DNA of 64,000 nucleotides from an uncultured Actinomycetes bacterium (GTDB lineage: Bacteria; SZUA-79; Acidulodesulfobacterales; Acidulodesulfobacteraceae), in NCBI GenBank assembly GCA_964631685.1, contig CAZVZU010000005.1:67908-131907 (forward strand), in the 5' to 3' direction. The notes beneath the pieces were generated by a model. The model worked only from the letters and a program-made list of their open reading frames with translations. It was not told the origin of the DNA and ran no database searches. Below, in pieces: positions 39,514 through 50,459 of the stretch. Every line of letters begins with the position of its first letter. Position 1 is the stretch's first letter. Both the position numbers and the translations under genes were made by a program.

Positions 39514-40998
39514 ATGGGCTTTAAATCTGATTCTAAGATTATTGGCGCTGGCGTTGCCGTATTAATAGGCATAATTGCAGGTGTTATAATCACATCAAGT
39601 TTGCATTTGTTTAAGAAATCTGTTGCTGAATCGGTTCCGCCGGTAATTTATACGACGACTAATTCACGGATGCCGGCTCAAAATGGCCCAAATAATTTTG
39701 TTGCATTGATAAAACGGGATAAACCATTTATTGTAAACATCAGGACAACGCAGAAGATAACGGGTGGGCCGTTCCGCATGTATCAGAATCCTTTTGGTAA
39801 TGAGCGAAATCCTTTTGGTAATTTTTTCAATAATTTTTTCAATAATATTCCTAGAAATACATACACTGAGGAAAGCCTCGGATCTGGCGTAATTATTAGT
39901 AAAAATGGTTATATAATTACAAATAATCATGTTATACGAGGTGCAACCAAGATATACGTAAAGCTTTATAGTGGTAAGACCTTTAGGGCGAAGGTTATCG
40001 GTAAAGATCCTCAGGTTGATCTAGCTCTTTTGAAGATTAGCGATGGCAACAATCTTCCTGCCGCAGTTTTAGGAGATTCTACCAAATCTCAAATAGGGGA
40101 ATGGGTTTTAGCTATCGGAAATCCCTTTGGATTAGGATGGACAGTTACTAATGGTATTATAAGCGCAGAAGGCAGGGCTATAGGCGGACCATATGAAGAT
40201 TTTATACAAACCAATGCTGCTATTAATCCGGGAAATAGTGGCGGACCGCTTATTAACATGAAGGGGCAGGTTATAGGAATAAATACTGCAATAATCAGGG
40301 GAGCGCAGGGTATAGGATTTTCGATACCTGTAAATATTATCAAACAGGTTCTTCCGCAGCTTGAAACCGGTAAAATTACGAGGGGATGGCTCGGGATAGA
40401 GATTCAAAAAGTAACACCGGCGCTTAGGAAGGCGTTTAATTTAAGGACTTCCGGAGGTGCCTTGGTAGCTTCGATTCTCCCGCACAGTCCGGCGAAGAAT
40501 GCCGGATTAAAAAGTGGAGATGTCATAATAAGGTTTAATGGAAAAAAGGTCAAAGAAATGTCTCAGCTTCCATGGTTAGTGGGTAATACGGAACCCGGAA
40601 AAATCGTGCCAATGAAGATTATAAGGAATAATAAGGAAATGACCCTTATGATTAAGGTTGGAAATTGGAAGAGTCACAATAATAAATTTAATAGTAAAGT
40701 TCAAAAGGTATCAGCTAAAGAATTAGGCGTCATTGTTGTGCCGCTAACAGGTTCAAATATGCGCAGATACAGAATACATAACGTACATCATGGCGTGATA
40801 GTTTCAAAGGTTATGCCCGGTGGAATAGGTCAAAGAGCGGGCATAATGATCGGTGACGTAATACAAGATGTAAATCATCAGCCGGTTAATAATATAAAAC
40901 AATATATCAGTGATATAAAAAAGGCAAAAAAATCCAAGCAGTTCCTTTTGCTTGTCAGAAGGGGCAACATGAAGCTATATCTTGCATATTCAGAATAA
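39514..40998 (+). CDS. degP: Do/DegP(Q)-family periplasmic serine protease with two PDZ domains
   Basis: TNNHV, DLALL, INPGNSGGPL catalytic triad; RGWLGI PDZ. Confidence 0.92.
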   Translation: MGFKSDSKIIGAGVAVLIGIIAGVIITSSLHLFKKSVAESVPPVIYTTTNSRMPAQNGPNNFVALIKRDKPFIVNIRTTQKITGGPFRMYQNPFGNERNPFGNFFNNFFNNIPRNTYTEESLGSGVIISKNGYIITNNHVIRGATKIYVKLYSGKTFRAKVIGKDPQVDLALLKISDGNNLPAAVLGDSTKSQIGEWVLAIGNPFGLGWTVTNGIISAEGRAIGGPYEDFIQTNAAINPGNSGGPLINMKGQVIGINTAIIRGAQGIGFSIPVNIIKQVLPQLETGKITRGWLGIEIQKVTPALRKAFNLRTSGGALVASILPHSPAKNAGLKSGDVIIRFNGKKVKEMSQLPWLVGNTEPGKIVPMKIIRNNKEMTLMIKVGNWKSHNNKFNSKVQKVSAKELGVIVVPLTGSNMRRYRIHNVHHGVIVSKVMPGGIGQRAGIMIGDVIQDVNHQPVNNIKQYISDIKKAKKSKQFLLLVRRGNMKLYLAYSE

Positions 40999-41073
40999 TA
41001 AAATAAAAAGTTTTTCTCGAAACCAAGACAAACTGCAAAAGCTGTAAACTTTTCATCACTCCTCCTAAAGGTG

Positions 41074-41107
41074 GCCCGGTTCAGTAGAAAGAACCGGGCT
41101 ATTTTTT
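41074..41107 (+). terminator. Rho-independent terminator after degP
   Basis: GCCCGGTTC-8nt-GAACCGGGC followed by TATTTTTT. Confidence 0.85.
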
Positions 41108-41139
41108 AACTAATTTTTTATTATATAATATTAAGTCAT

Positions 41140-43080
41140 ATGGAAAATTTTATACTTGGAACGGCAGGCCACATAGATCATGGAAAATCATCATTGATCA
41201 AGGCACTAACCGGGGTTGAGACAGATAGGCTTAAGGAAGAAAAAAACCGTGGCATTAGCATCGTGCTTGGTTATGCCGATATAGTGCTTCCTTCCGGAAT
41301 ATCCATCGGAATAATTGATGTTCCGGGACATGCAAAATTTATAAAAACTATGGTTTCAGGTTCGTCAGGGATGAATGGAGTATTATTGGTAATTGCCGCA
41401 GACGACGGTATAATGGCGCAAACTAAGGAACATCTTCTTATTTTAAAATTATTAGGCGTCAGTTTAGTGATACCCATTTTGACAAAAATAGATGCTGTTG
41501 ACAGTGAAATTATCTCAAAAAGAGAGATAGAGATAAAAGATTTTCTGAAATCTTACGGTTATGATAAGGCATCTCAAAATATTATTCGTGTATCTGCTAA
41601 ATCGGGCAAGGGCATTTTAGAATTAAAGAATAAAATAGAAAAGGCTATAAAAGATGAGGATGAAAAACTAAAAAGTAATTCTCTACGTACAAAGGTTTTT
41701 CTGCCGATCGACAGGATTATTTCACTAAAAGGTTTTGGAACTATTTTGGCAGGTACTTTGAGATACGGTAATTTCTCGGCTGGACATGAAGTGCAAATAA
41801 TGCCTTCCGGTTTGACTGCAAAGATAAAAAATATAGAGTCACATAATAAAACGGTAACAGTGGCAAGTAGATCTATGCGCATATCGCTAAATATCCCTTC
41901 TATAAAAAAGGAAAGTGTAAAATACGGGAACGTAATAAGCTTAAAAAATAATCTTTTGTCTACTGATTCTATTTTCACAAAATTTTATTATGATTTTGAT
42001 AATAGAAGAGAGCTAGAAAGTCATTTCTCATTGACATTTATGACTGGTAGCGTCAGTGTAGGTTCAAAGATAATTATTTTAAATAAAAACAAGAGAATAA
42101 AGCCGGGAGATTATGCGTATGCAGTGTTCAAACTGCAAGATCGAATATCTACGATGTCGAAGGAAAGGTTTATAGTGAGAGATACTGGTGAGGGAAGAAC
42201 TATTGGCGGCGGAATCATAGTAGACCCATATATGGATCATCGTTATAACGAATCATTGAATGATGTTTATGGCGGAATGATTTCGGATGATCCGCAAAAT
42301 ATTGTTTATAGTTTTATTAAATTGGCGGTTAATGCCGATTTAGAAAAAATTTATAAAAAATTAAATTATGATCGTGCAAACTTTAAGCTATATATAAATA
42401 ACCTAGCAAGAGATGGCAAGATTATAATGGACAGTAAAGAAATATTTGCAATTTTAAAAGAGGATTTTCATTCAAACAAGTCCGTTATTCTCAAGATAAT
42501 TAAAGAACGCGCTACCAATGAAAAAAATACACTAAAAAAAGGCATTGGCAAGCAAGAGCTATATAACATTTTCGAGAATAATTTTTGCAGACATTCTGAA
42601 ATATTATTTGAGATTATTATAGATGATTTGCTGTTAAAAAAAGAAATTTTAAACGATAACGGTAATATAATTATCAAGCAGGCAGGTTTGGAACCGGCCG
42701 ATTTAGATATTCCGGAGGAATACATAAAAATTATTGAAAAAATAGAATCCTTCTTAAGCCTAAACGGTAATAGCGTTCCTACGTTTGATGAAATTGTAAA
42801 AAAAATCAAGATAAACAAAAAGATGTTGAATTATGCAATTAGTATTATGGTAAAGCAGGGTAAATTAGTCAAGATTAAATACGACATTTATTATTTAAAA
42901 GGTCAAATAGATAATATAAAAAAGGGACTTGATTTATTCTTTGCATCCTCGGACAGGCTTGAGCCGATAGATATGAAAAATATTACAGCTGTGTCAAGAA
43001 AATATGCCATACCGCTCCTGGAATATTTCGATCATGTTGGTTATACGATTAAAGTAGGTAATTATAGAATTAAAAAATAA
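41140..43080 (+). CDS. selB: Selenocysteine-specific elongation factor
   Basis: GTAGHIDHGKS, TDRLKEE, DVPGH, C-terminal SRKYAIPLLEYFD winged helix. Confidence 0.95.
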   Translation: MENFILGTAGHIDHGKSSLIKALTGVETDRLKEEKNRGISIVLGYADIVLPSGISIGIIDVPGHAKFIKTMVSGSSGMNGVLLVIAADDGIMAQTKEHLLILKLLGVSLVIPILTKIDAVDSEIISKREIEIKDFLKSYGYDKASQNIIRVSAKSGKGILELKNKIEKAIKDEDEKLKSNSLRTKVFLPIDRIISLKGFGTILAGTLRYGNFSAGHEVQIMPSGLTAKIKNIESHNKTVTVASRSMRISLNIPSIKKESVKYGNVISLKNNLLSTDSIFTKFYYDFDNRRELESHFSLTFMTGSVSVGSKIIILNKNKRIKPGDYAYAVFKLQDRISTMSKERFIVRDTGEGRTIGGGIIVDPYMDHRYNESLNDVYGGMISDDPQNIVYSFIKLAVNADLEKIYKKLNYDRANFKLYINNLARDGKIIMDSKEIFAILKEDFHSNKSVILKIIKERATNEKNTLKKGIGKQELYNIFENNFCRHSEILFEIIIDDLLLKKEILNDNGNIIIKQAGLEPADLDIPEEYIKIIEKIESFLSLNGNSVPTFDEIVKKIKINKKMLNYAISIMVKQGKLVKIKYDIYYLKGQIDNIKKGLDLFFASSDRLEPIDMKNITAVSRKYAIPLLEYFDHVGYTIKVGNYRIKK

Positions 43081-43160
43081 CTTTATCATTTTATTTTTTC
43101 AAATATTTTGGTATAATGCGAGGAACGATAAACAATAAGAAATGTTAAATAAGTTGGAAT

Positions 43161-44609
43161 ATGCCATATAGAGACCTTCACTCATTTGTCCGTTTTTTGG
43201 AAAAAAATAAAGACCTGCGTAGAGTCAGTATTCCTGTTGACAGTTCTCTGGAAATAGCCGAAATAGCAGACAGAATGGTAAAAAAAGAGGGTCCGGCGCT
43301 TTTATTTGAAAACGTTAAGGGTTTTAAATTTCCGGTTTTAATAAATATGTTCGGTTCAAGTAGTCGGATCCTGAAAGCCTTTGAGGTTGAGAATCTTGAC
43401 GATGTTGCAAAGAGGGTGTCGGAGATAATGGATCCAGAAATTCCGGCAAATTTTTTTGGAAAGATAAAATCACTTTCGAAGCTCAAAAAACTTGCTGATT
43501 ATATCCCTAAAATCGTTAAAACCGGGAAATGCAAGGAAGTTATTATCAACAAGCCGCCATTTTTGGATATTTTACCTGTTTTAAAAACTTGGCCGGAGGA
43601 TGGCGGACCTTTTATAACCCTACCACTTGTTTTTACAAGAGATGTAGATGGGGGTGCTACTAATGTTGGCATGTATAGGATGCAGGTTTATGACGATACG
43701 TCCTGTGGCATGCACTGGCATGTACATAAGGATGGGGCAAGGCATTTTAGGAAATACAAGGAACTTGGTAAGACGATACCCGTTTCTGTCGTTTTGGGCT
43801 CCGACCCTGCGGTCATTTATTCTGCTACGGCGCCTCTCCCTCCAGATATAGAAGAAATGATGTTTGCCGGATTTTTAAGGAAAAGTGCTGTTGATCTTGT
43901 CAAATGCGAAACCAATGATCTATATGTTCCTGCAAATGCAGAATTTGTGCTCGAAGGTTATATTGATCCCAATGAAGACTTTAGGCTTGAAGGTCCCTTT
44001 GGCGATCACACGGGATATTATTCACTCGAAGATTTGTATCCCGTATTTCATGTAACCCTTATAACGCATAGAAAAGATGCTATATATCCCGCTACGATAG
44101 TCGGAAAACCTCCGATGGAGGATTGCTATATCGGTAAGGCGACGGAGAGGTTTTTTTTACCCGCAATAAAAAAAATATTTCCCGAAATTATAGATATGAA
44201 TTTACCCTTTGAGGGAATATTTCATGATTTAGCCTTTGTGAGCATTAAGAAGAGTTACCCCGGTCATGCAAAAAAAATTATGCACGGAATATGGGGGCTT
44301 GGGCTTATGATGTTCACAAAAATAATAGTCATATTGGATGAGGATGTCAACGTGCAAAACAAGGATGAGGTTATCTGGCGGATATGCAATAACATTGATC
44401 CAAAAAGGGACATATCCTTTGTGGATGGGCCTATTGATGTATTAGAACATGCGTCAGATATTCCAAACTATGGCTCTAAAATGGGAATAGATGCTACTAA
44501 AAAGTGGGCATCTGAAGGTTACAAGAGAAAATGGCCAAATGACATTGTCATGTCGGACGATATTAAAAAGCTTGTTGATGACAAATGGAAAGAGTACAAT
44601 TTGGATTAA
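43161..44609 (+). CDS. UbiD-family decarboxylase (menaquinone, futalosine pathway)
   Basis: NVGMYR, EGPFGDHTGYY, GKPPMED, GSKMGIDAT. Confidence 0.92.
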   Translation: MPYRDLHSFVRFLEKNKDLRRVSIPVDSSLEIAEIADRMVKKEGPALLFENVKGFKFPVLINMFGSSSRILKAFEVENLDDVAKRVSEIMDPEIPANFFGKIKSLSKLKKLADYIPKIVKTGKCKEVIINKPPFLDILPVLKTWPEDGGPFITLPLVFTRDVDGGATNVGMYRMQVYDDTSCGMHWHVHKDGARHFRKYKELGKTIPVSVVLGSDPAVIYSATAPLPPDIEEMMFAGFLRKSAVDLVKCETNDLYVPANAEFVLEGYIDPNEDFRLEGPFGDHTGYYSLEDLYPVFHVTLITHRKDAIYPATIVGKPPMEDCYIGKATERFFLPAIKKIFPEIIDMNLPFEGIFHDLAFVSIKKSYPGHAKKIMHGIWGLGLMMFTKIIVILDEDVNVQNKDEVIWRICNNIDPKRDISFVDGPIDVLEHASDIPNYGSKMGIDATKKWASEGYKRKWPNDIVMSDDIKKLVDDKWKEYNLD

Positions 44610-44610
44610 A

Positions 44611-45504
44611 ATGTTTAAGAAGATAAAAAACACATTAGAATTAGTCAAATTTTCTCACACAATATTTGTTTTGCCTTTTGCCCTCAGCGCTTTTTTGCTT
44701 GCTTTTTACGATAAATACCCCTTAGCTTTCGGCACCTCTTTTTTTTACTCTAAAATGATATGGATTATAGTTGCCATGGCTGCGGGTAGAAGCGGCGCAA
44801 TGGCATTTAATAGGGTAATTGACAGAAATATAGATTCAAAAAATAAAAGAACTATGGAGAGGACGATTCCGAAAGGAGAGCTTACTGTTTTATACAGCAT
44901 TATTTTTGGTATCATCTCTTATTTAGTACTAGTTTTTGCCGCGTATGAGCTGAATTTTATATGTTTTGTGTTATCCCCGCTTGTAATCGCTTTCATCACG
45001 CTATACTCATACACCAAAAGATTCACTTTCTTCTCTCATCTTGCATTAGGGATAAGTATGGCTTTGGGTCCCATAGGGACATGGCTTGCAATTACGGGAA
45101 ATCTTGATTACAAGATTTTAATATTGGGCCTTGCGGTGGTTCTTTGGGGAACGGGATTTGACATATTATATGCAGTGATGGATTATGATTTTGATATTGC
45201 AAACGGACTGTTTTCTATTCCCGTAAAATTTGGAAAACGAAATTCTGTAATTATTTCGAGAATATTACATTTATCAGCCATAGCGTGTTTGCTATCTTTA
45301 TATTTTGTTTTTAATCTTAATTTTTTATACATAGTCGGTATAATTTTAGTGACTGTATTTTTTATCTATGAACACTATCTTGTTTACAAAAGTTTTGATA
45401 ACATAGACATGGCATTTTTTACAATGAATGGTTACATTTCTGTTACATTTTTCTTTTTTATTTTGATAAGTGTCATTTATGCTAATTTTTATCCTGCGTT
45501 ATAA
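44611..45504 (+). CDS. UbiA-like polyprenyltransferase (MqnP type)
   Basis: KFSHTIF, AMAFNRVIDR, YSYTKRF, GFDILYA, AFFTMNG. Confidence 0.9.
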   Translation: MFKKIKNTLELVKFSHTIFVLPFALSAFLLAFYDKYPLAFGTSFFYSKMIWIIVAMAAGRSGAMAFNRVIDRNIDSKNKRTMERTIPKGELTVLYSIIFGIISYLVLVFAAYELNFICFVLSPLVIAFITLYSYTKRFTFFSHLALGISMALGPIGTWLAITGNLDYKILILGLAVVLWGTGFDILYAVMDYDFDIANGLFSIPVKFGKRNSVIISRILHLSAIACLLSLYFVFNLNFLYIVGIILVTVFFIYEHYLVYKSFDNIDMAFFTMNGYISVTFFFFILISVIYANFYPAL

Positions 45505-45524
45505 TTTATAATTAATATATATAA

Positions 45525-46196
45525 ATGAAAGATAAGTTTGAATCTGAAATCGAAAGGCCGTCCTACATTATTGCTATAACGGGAGCGTCGGGGGCAATAT
45601 TCGGGTTTAGTTTACTTAAGGCCTTAGCTGACCGATCTCGCTTTATTTACCTTATAATTTCTAAGCCCGGTTTTAAGGTGATTAAGGATGAGTTAGGGAT
45701 GTTTGCCGATATAGATACAAGCAAAGACCTAAATAGCCTTAATAGTAAAATTAAAGATGAAATTAAAGATAAATTTGGAATACATAGTGACGAATTTGCT
45801 TTTTTAGACGATATGTTTTTAGAAGCAAGGATTGCAAGCGGGTCAGCAAAAGATATCAAAGGTATGATTGTTATCCCTTGTTCCATGGGTAGTTTGTCAA
45901 GGATTGCATGCGGAAATTCCGGAAATTTAATTGAACGGGCATGCGATGTAATGCTTAAAGAAAGAAATAAACTAATTGTATGTCCAAGAGAAACACCATT
46001 TAATGATATTCATTTGAAAAATATGCTTTCATTGGCAAGGTCAGGGGCGATTATACTTCCACCAATTCCGGCATTTTATAGCAAACCTCAGAGTGTGGGT
46101 GACATCATTGACTTTATAATTGGCAAAATTCTAGACAGCTTGAGCGTCGAAAACGATGTATATATTAGGTGGAAAGGCTATGATTGGCAAAAATAA
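45525..46196 (+). CDS. ubiX: Flavin prenyltransferase
   Basis: ITGASG, IASGS, PCSMG, RACDVMLKE, PRETP. Confidence 0.93.
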   Translation: MKDKFESEIERPSYIIAITGASGAIFGFSLLKALADRSRFIYLIISKPGFKVIKDELGMFADIDTSKDLNSLNSKIKDEIKDKFGIHSDEFAFLDDMFLEARIASGSAKDIKGMIVIPCSMGSLSRIACGNSGNLIERACDVMLKERNKLIVCPRETPFNDIHLKNMLSLARSGAIILPPIPAFYSKPQSVGDIIDFIIGKILDSLSVENDVYIRWKGYDWQK

Positions 46197-47268
46197 AACT
46201 TTTGATTTAATAAAAGAAAAAGTTTATAATGGAACAAGGCTTTCCGCTAACGATGCTTTGTTTCTATTTCGAAGTCATGATTTGATTGCGCTTGGTGAGC
46301 TGGCGAATTTTAGAAACTATCAAATCAATGGGAACAGAGTATATTACATAGTGAATATTCATATAAATTATACCAATATATGTGTGAACGGGTGTGTTTT
46401 TTGTGCCTTTTACAGGAAGGAAAAAGAGATAGATGCATACACTATGGACATTGAAGAGATAATACGCTACATAAGAATAAATTACCAGACCAATAATTTT
46501 AAAGAAGTTCATATCGTCGGGGGCCTCCACCCCTCGCTTCCGTACAATTTTTATATTGATATGATTCGTAGAATTAAAGACGAATTTCCTGCCCTCCTTA
46601 TTCAGGCTTTTACCGTAGTAGAGATAGATTATTTATCTAAAATTTCAGGGTTATCTGTAGAAAAAGTTCTGCAGGATTTAAAAAATAGTGGCTTAGACAG
46701 TATTCCTGGAGGCGGAGCCGAAATATTCAATCCTATTATCAGAAAACGGTTGTGTCCGCAAAAAATTAGTGGAACACGATGGGTTAAAATACACAAAATG
46801 GCGCATAAGCTTGGTATACCTTCCAATGCTTCAATGCTTTATGGAGTGAAAGAAACCTACGAAGACAGGGTGAACCATTTAGAAACTATAAGAAATGCAC
46901 AGGACGAGTCTAATGGTTTTAAATCTTTTATTCCATTTGCATTCCAACCTAAAAATACCGCAATTAAAAATTCAAATTTAACCTCAGGATGTGATGATTT
47001 AAAAGTTATAGCTATATCCAGACTTTTTCTTGATAATTTCAGGCACATAAAAACCTTTTTTGTTAATTTGGGTATCAATCTTGCGCAGGTATCCCTTTCT
47101 TTTGGTGCTGATGACTTTGACGGAACACTAACAGAAGAAAAAATATCACATGATGCTGGTTCTGTAAATCCCACAGGGCTGAGCGTTAAAAGGGTAAGGA
47201 ATATTATTAAAGAGACTGGCAAGATTCCGACCGAGAGAGATACTATATATAATGCAGTGTTTAGCTGA
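46180..47268 (+). CDS. mqnE: Aminofutalosine synthase (radical SAM)
   Basis: HINYTNICVNGCVFCAF, EVHIVGGLHP, PGGGAEIF, FGADD. Confidence 0.85.
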   Translation: MIGKNKTFDLIKEKVYNGTRLSANDALFLFRSHDLIALGELANFRNYQINGNRVYYIVNIHINYTNICVNGCVFCAFYRKEKEIDAYTMDIEEIIRYIRINYQTNNFKEVHIVGGLHPSLPYNFYIDMIRRIKDEFPALLIQAFTVVEIDYLSKISGLSVEKVLQDLKNSGLDSIPGGGAEIFNPIIRKRLCPQKISGTRWVKIHKMAHKLGIPSNASMLYGVKETYEDRVNHLETIRNAQDESNGFKSFIPFAFQPKNTAIKNSNLTSGCDDLKVIAISRLFLDNFRHIKTFFVNLGINLAQVSLSFGADDFDGTLTEEKISHDAGSVNPTGLSVKRVRNIIKETGKIPTERDTIYNAVFS

Positions 47269-47309
47269 AACGTCAATTAAATTAAAAAATAAAAAAGTTT
47301 AAGGAGGTT

Positions 47310-47828
47310 ATGCTCATGTTTAACTTAAACGAAATGAAGTTCAGCGTCAATTCATTTGTTTTTTATCCCAGCTATGGGGTCGGAGTTATTGAATCTATTT
47401 CCGCTCAGAGGATCGGTTCGGCGGACATTTCTTTTTACAATGTTAAAATTTTAGAAAACAACATCAAAATTATGGTTCCTATTAAAAATGCGCGCGAGGT
47501 GGGGCTTCGTCAATTGATTGGAGAAAATGAAACACAAAAGGTTTTTGAAGTATTAGAGGAAAAATGCATAAAAAATCCTCTTGCAAGAAAAGAATCATGG
47601 AACAAGAGATTTAACGGTTACAATACAAAGCTCTGTTCATCATGTCTTTTTGAGGTCGCCGAGGTTTTAAGAGATCTTTACACATTAAAAAAAGAAAAAG
47701 AGTTATCCTTTGCTGAAAAAAAAATGTTTGAAAAGGCAAAACATTTAATAATTAAAGAGTTATCTACTGTAATGCATAGGCCTGAGACCTTCATAGAGAA
47801 CAAAATACGAAATATATTTATCCAGTGA
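47310..47828 (+). CDS. carD: CarD-family transcriptional regulator
   Basis: YPSYGVG, IMVP, VGLR, SWNKR, EVLRDL, LSFAEK. Confidence 0.9.
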   Translation: MLMFNLNEMKFSVNSFVFYPSYGVGVIESISAQRIGSADISFYNVKILENNIKIMVPIKNAREVGLRQLIGENETQKVFEVLEEKCIKNPLARKESWNKRFNGYNTKLCSSCLFEVAEVLRDLYTLKKEKELSFAEKKMFEKAKHLIIKELSTVMHRPETFIENKIRNIFIQ

Positions 47829-47858
47829 TAAAAAAATAGAGAATTATTCCAACATACG

Positions 47859-48932
47859 GTGAACTTAATGAAAATTTTCAATAGACAACTCATATTTTTT
47901 ATAAGGCTATTTCTTGTTTTGATTTCAGCAATTCTGGGTTATCTTATAGGTAAAGAGTATTGGCAAAACGATCTCTTGTCGTATGTAGGGCTTTTATTCG
48001 GTTTTACGATAGGCTTTATCGTTATAATTGTTGAGAGGAGTATGGAGTCCGTTTCTACAAAAAAGATACTGACGGGAGGAATAGGGCTTTTTGTAGGTCT
48101 TTTTATAATTAACTATGTAACATATAAGCTGTTTAAGGGATTTTTTACCGGCAGTGTTTTGGGGTATGTAACTTATGCTTTTGTTAATTTTGTCGCTGGT
48201 TACCTCGGGCTTATCATAGGATTAAGGGTAAGTAGTGAGACGGATGTAGGGAGTTTTACTGCTAATAGGCCGAATGTAAATTCTAATAATGCATTGGATA
48301 AACAGGATGAGGTCGATATATGTCCAAATTATAAAATAATTGATACAAGTTCGTTGATAGACGGACGTATTCTTGACGTAGCGAAAACAGGTTTTATTGA
48401 TGGAATCCTCCTGATACCTACTTTTATTCTCCACGAACTGCAGCATATTGCAGATTCGCAGGACCCGCTCAAAAGAGTGAAGGGGAGGAGGGGACTTGAT
48501 ATTCTAAAGGAACTAAGGGAAAATAAGAATATAAATATTGAATTTACTGATATAGATTATCAAAATATAAAAGAGGTTGATGCGAAATTAATTGTATTTG
48601 CGAAGGAGAAAAACGGTAAAATTATTACAACCGATTTTAATTTAAATAAAGTAGCTCAGGTTAGAAATATAAGCGTTTTAAATATTAATGACCTTGTCAA
48701 AGCCCTTCGTCCGATCTTGCTTCCGGGTGAAACGATGACCGTTTTTATAGCCAAGGATGGAAGGGAGAGGAATCAGGGCATAGCATATATGGATGATGGA
48801 ACTATGGTTGTGGTTGAAGATGCAATGAAATTAGTTGGTTCGGAGCTCAAAGTTATGGTTACAAGTGTGCTTCAAACATCTAGTGGAAGGATGATATTTG
48901 CGAAAATCAATCGCGGTTTAGAGCAAAATTAG
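47859..48932 (+). CDS. Membrane PIN/TRAM domain protein (YacL-like)
   Basis: Four TM segments, IIDTSSLIDGRI, GRRGLDIL, DDGTMVVVE, GRMIFA. Confidence 0.92.
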   Translation: MNLMKIFNRQLIFFIRLFLVLISAILGYLIGKEYWQNDLLSYVGLLFGFTIGFIVIIVERSMESVSTKKILTGGIGLFVGLFIINYVTYKLFKGFFTGSVLGYVTYAFVNFVAGYLGLIIGLRVSSETDVGSFTANRPNVNSNNALDKQDEVDICPNYKIIDTSSLIDGRILDVAKTGFIDGILLIPTFILHELQHIADSQDPLKRVKGRRGLDILKELRENKNINIEFTDIDYQNIKEVDAKLIVFAKEKNGKIITTDFNLNKVAQVRNISVLNINDLVKALRPILLPGETMTVFIAKDGRERNQGIAYMDDGTMVVVEDAMKLVGSELKVMVTSVLQTSSGRMIFAKINRGLEQN

Positions 48933-48938
48933 TCTAAT

Positions 48939-50459
48939 CTAATTCAGTTTTAATCTTGCGATGCTTCTTTGTCTACCCAGGAGGACGGCTGTTTTTATTA
49001 TAGAAGGTCCGTCCAATTTGCCGGTTAGGGATAGCCTTAGTGCTTTATAGCAATCTCCAGCAGTTTTGTTGCTCTCTCTGGCAGTTTCTTTTATTATATT
49101 TTTTATTGACATTTCATTAAAATCTGCTGTTTTTTCAAGATTTGCCAGTAATAGTTCTCTTAATATTTTTAGCTTTTCAATGTTATATTTGTTATCGCTG
49201 TTACCTTCAACGGCATACATATCTACCTTAAAATCATCAAGGAATATCCTTAATTCCAGTAGTATTTCTTTTAGGGTCTTAAATTCCTTCTTTAAAAAAT
49301 CCAGTATCGCCAGCAATACCTCTTCAGGGTAAGATTCCTTAATTTTAGTTATCAAAAGGCTATTATTAGAAGTATATCCTTTATTAAGGACGTTGAATTT
49401 TTTCGTAATAATATCTATTAATTCGATTGCAGGGGTATTAATGAGCCATTTTTCGTTAATGAATTGTAGTTTTTTTTCGTCAAACATGGCGCTAGAACCC
49501 TTTGTCCTGGTAATGTCGAAGTGTAGTGCCATTTCCAATATGCTTGAAAACAACTCTTTTTCAGCAGTGTTTTTACGAGCAATAAATGTATTTCCAGTTA
49601 TTGCGAGGCAATTTAGTATAGCATTGGGCAGATAACCCTCATTTCTGTAATAATCCATATTGGATGCTGCATCCCTTTTCGACATTATTTTACCATTTTT
49701 TCCATATAATAATGAAATGTGTGCAAAATTGGGTATATTTTTTCCCAGAGCATTAAGAAGTAAAATCTGTTTTGGTGTATTGGAGATATGGTCCTCGCCC
49801 CTTATTATATGTGTTATATTTAAGTCGCTGTCGTCAATAGTAGAAGCAAAATTGTATGTAAATCTATCATTCTCAGTTCTAATAATAAAGTCCCCTATTA
49901 TTTTAGAGTTAAAAGCAATGGGACCATGTACGATATCGTCTAATACAACGGAATTTAGTCCTATTTTAGCAATATTCAAGCGAATAGAAGGGGAAATACC
50001 CTTGATCTTAAATTCAGCATGAAGTTTTTCGATCTCAGGCGGCGAAAGGTGTAAGCATTTTGCGTCATAGATATACGGTTTTTTAGACCTAATTGCTAAT
50101 GCTTTTGATTTCAAAATATCTTCTTCAGTGCAGAAGCATTCATATACAAGCCCTTTTTCTCTGAGAATGCTTAGATAATGTTCATATATAGCTGTTCTTT
50201 CCGATTGCCTATAAAATTCATTCCATTCAATGCCCGTCCATTTTAGATCGTTTATGATGGAATCTTCATATTTATTACTGCTTCTAACTTTGTCAGTATC
50301 ATCTATCCTTAAGATAAATTTACCCTTATTTTTTAGGGCAAAAAGATAATTAAACAAGGCGGTCCTAATTCCCCCTATGTGAATATTACCTGTGGGACTT
50401 GGTGCAAAACGGACTCGAACATCAATAGGATCACTTAAAGAATGTTTATTTGTGCACAT
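48939..50459 (-). CDS. gltX: Glutamyl-tRNA synthetase
   Basis: RFAPSPTG, HIGG, RGEDHISN, MSKR. Confidence 0.94.
   Translation of the reverse strand: MCTNKHSLSDPIDVRVRFAPSPTGNIHIGGIRTALFNYLFALKNKGKFILRIDDTDKVRSSNKYEDSIINDLKWTGIEWNEFYRQSERTAIYEHYLSILREKGLVYECFCTEEDILKSKALAIRSKKPYIYDAKCLHLSPPEIEKLHAEFKIKGISPSIRLNIAKIGLNSVVLDDIVHGPIAFNSKIIGDFIIRTENDRFTYNFASTIDDSDLNITHIIRGEDHISNTPKQILLLNALGKNIPNFAHISLLYGKNGKIMSKRDAASNMDYYRNEGYLPNAILNCLAITGNTFIARKNTAEKELFSSILEMALHFDITRTKGSSAMFDEKKLQFINEKWLINTPAIELIDIITKKFNVLNKGYTSNNSLLITKIKESYPEEVLLAILDFLKKEFKTLKEILLELRIFLDDFKVDMYAVEGNSDNKYNIEKLKILRELLLANLEKTADFNEMSIKNIIKETARESNKTAGDCYKALRLSLTGKLDGPSIIKTAVLLGRQRSIARLKLN

Noticed and set aside
39780..39848. Repeat aatccttttggtaat and Asn/Phe-rich stretch in degP
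   Set aside because: Ordinary low-complexity loop of Do-family proteases
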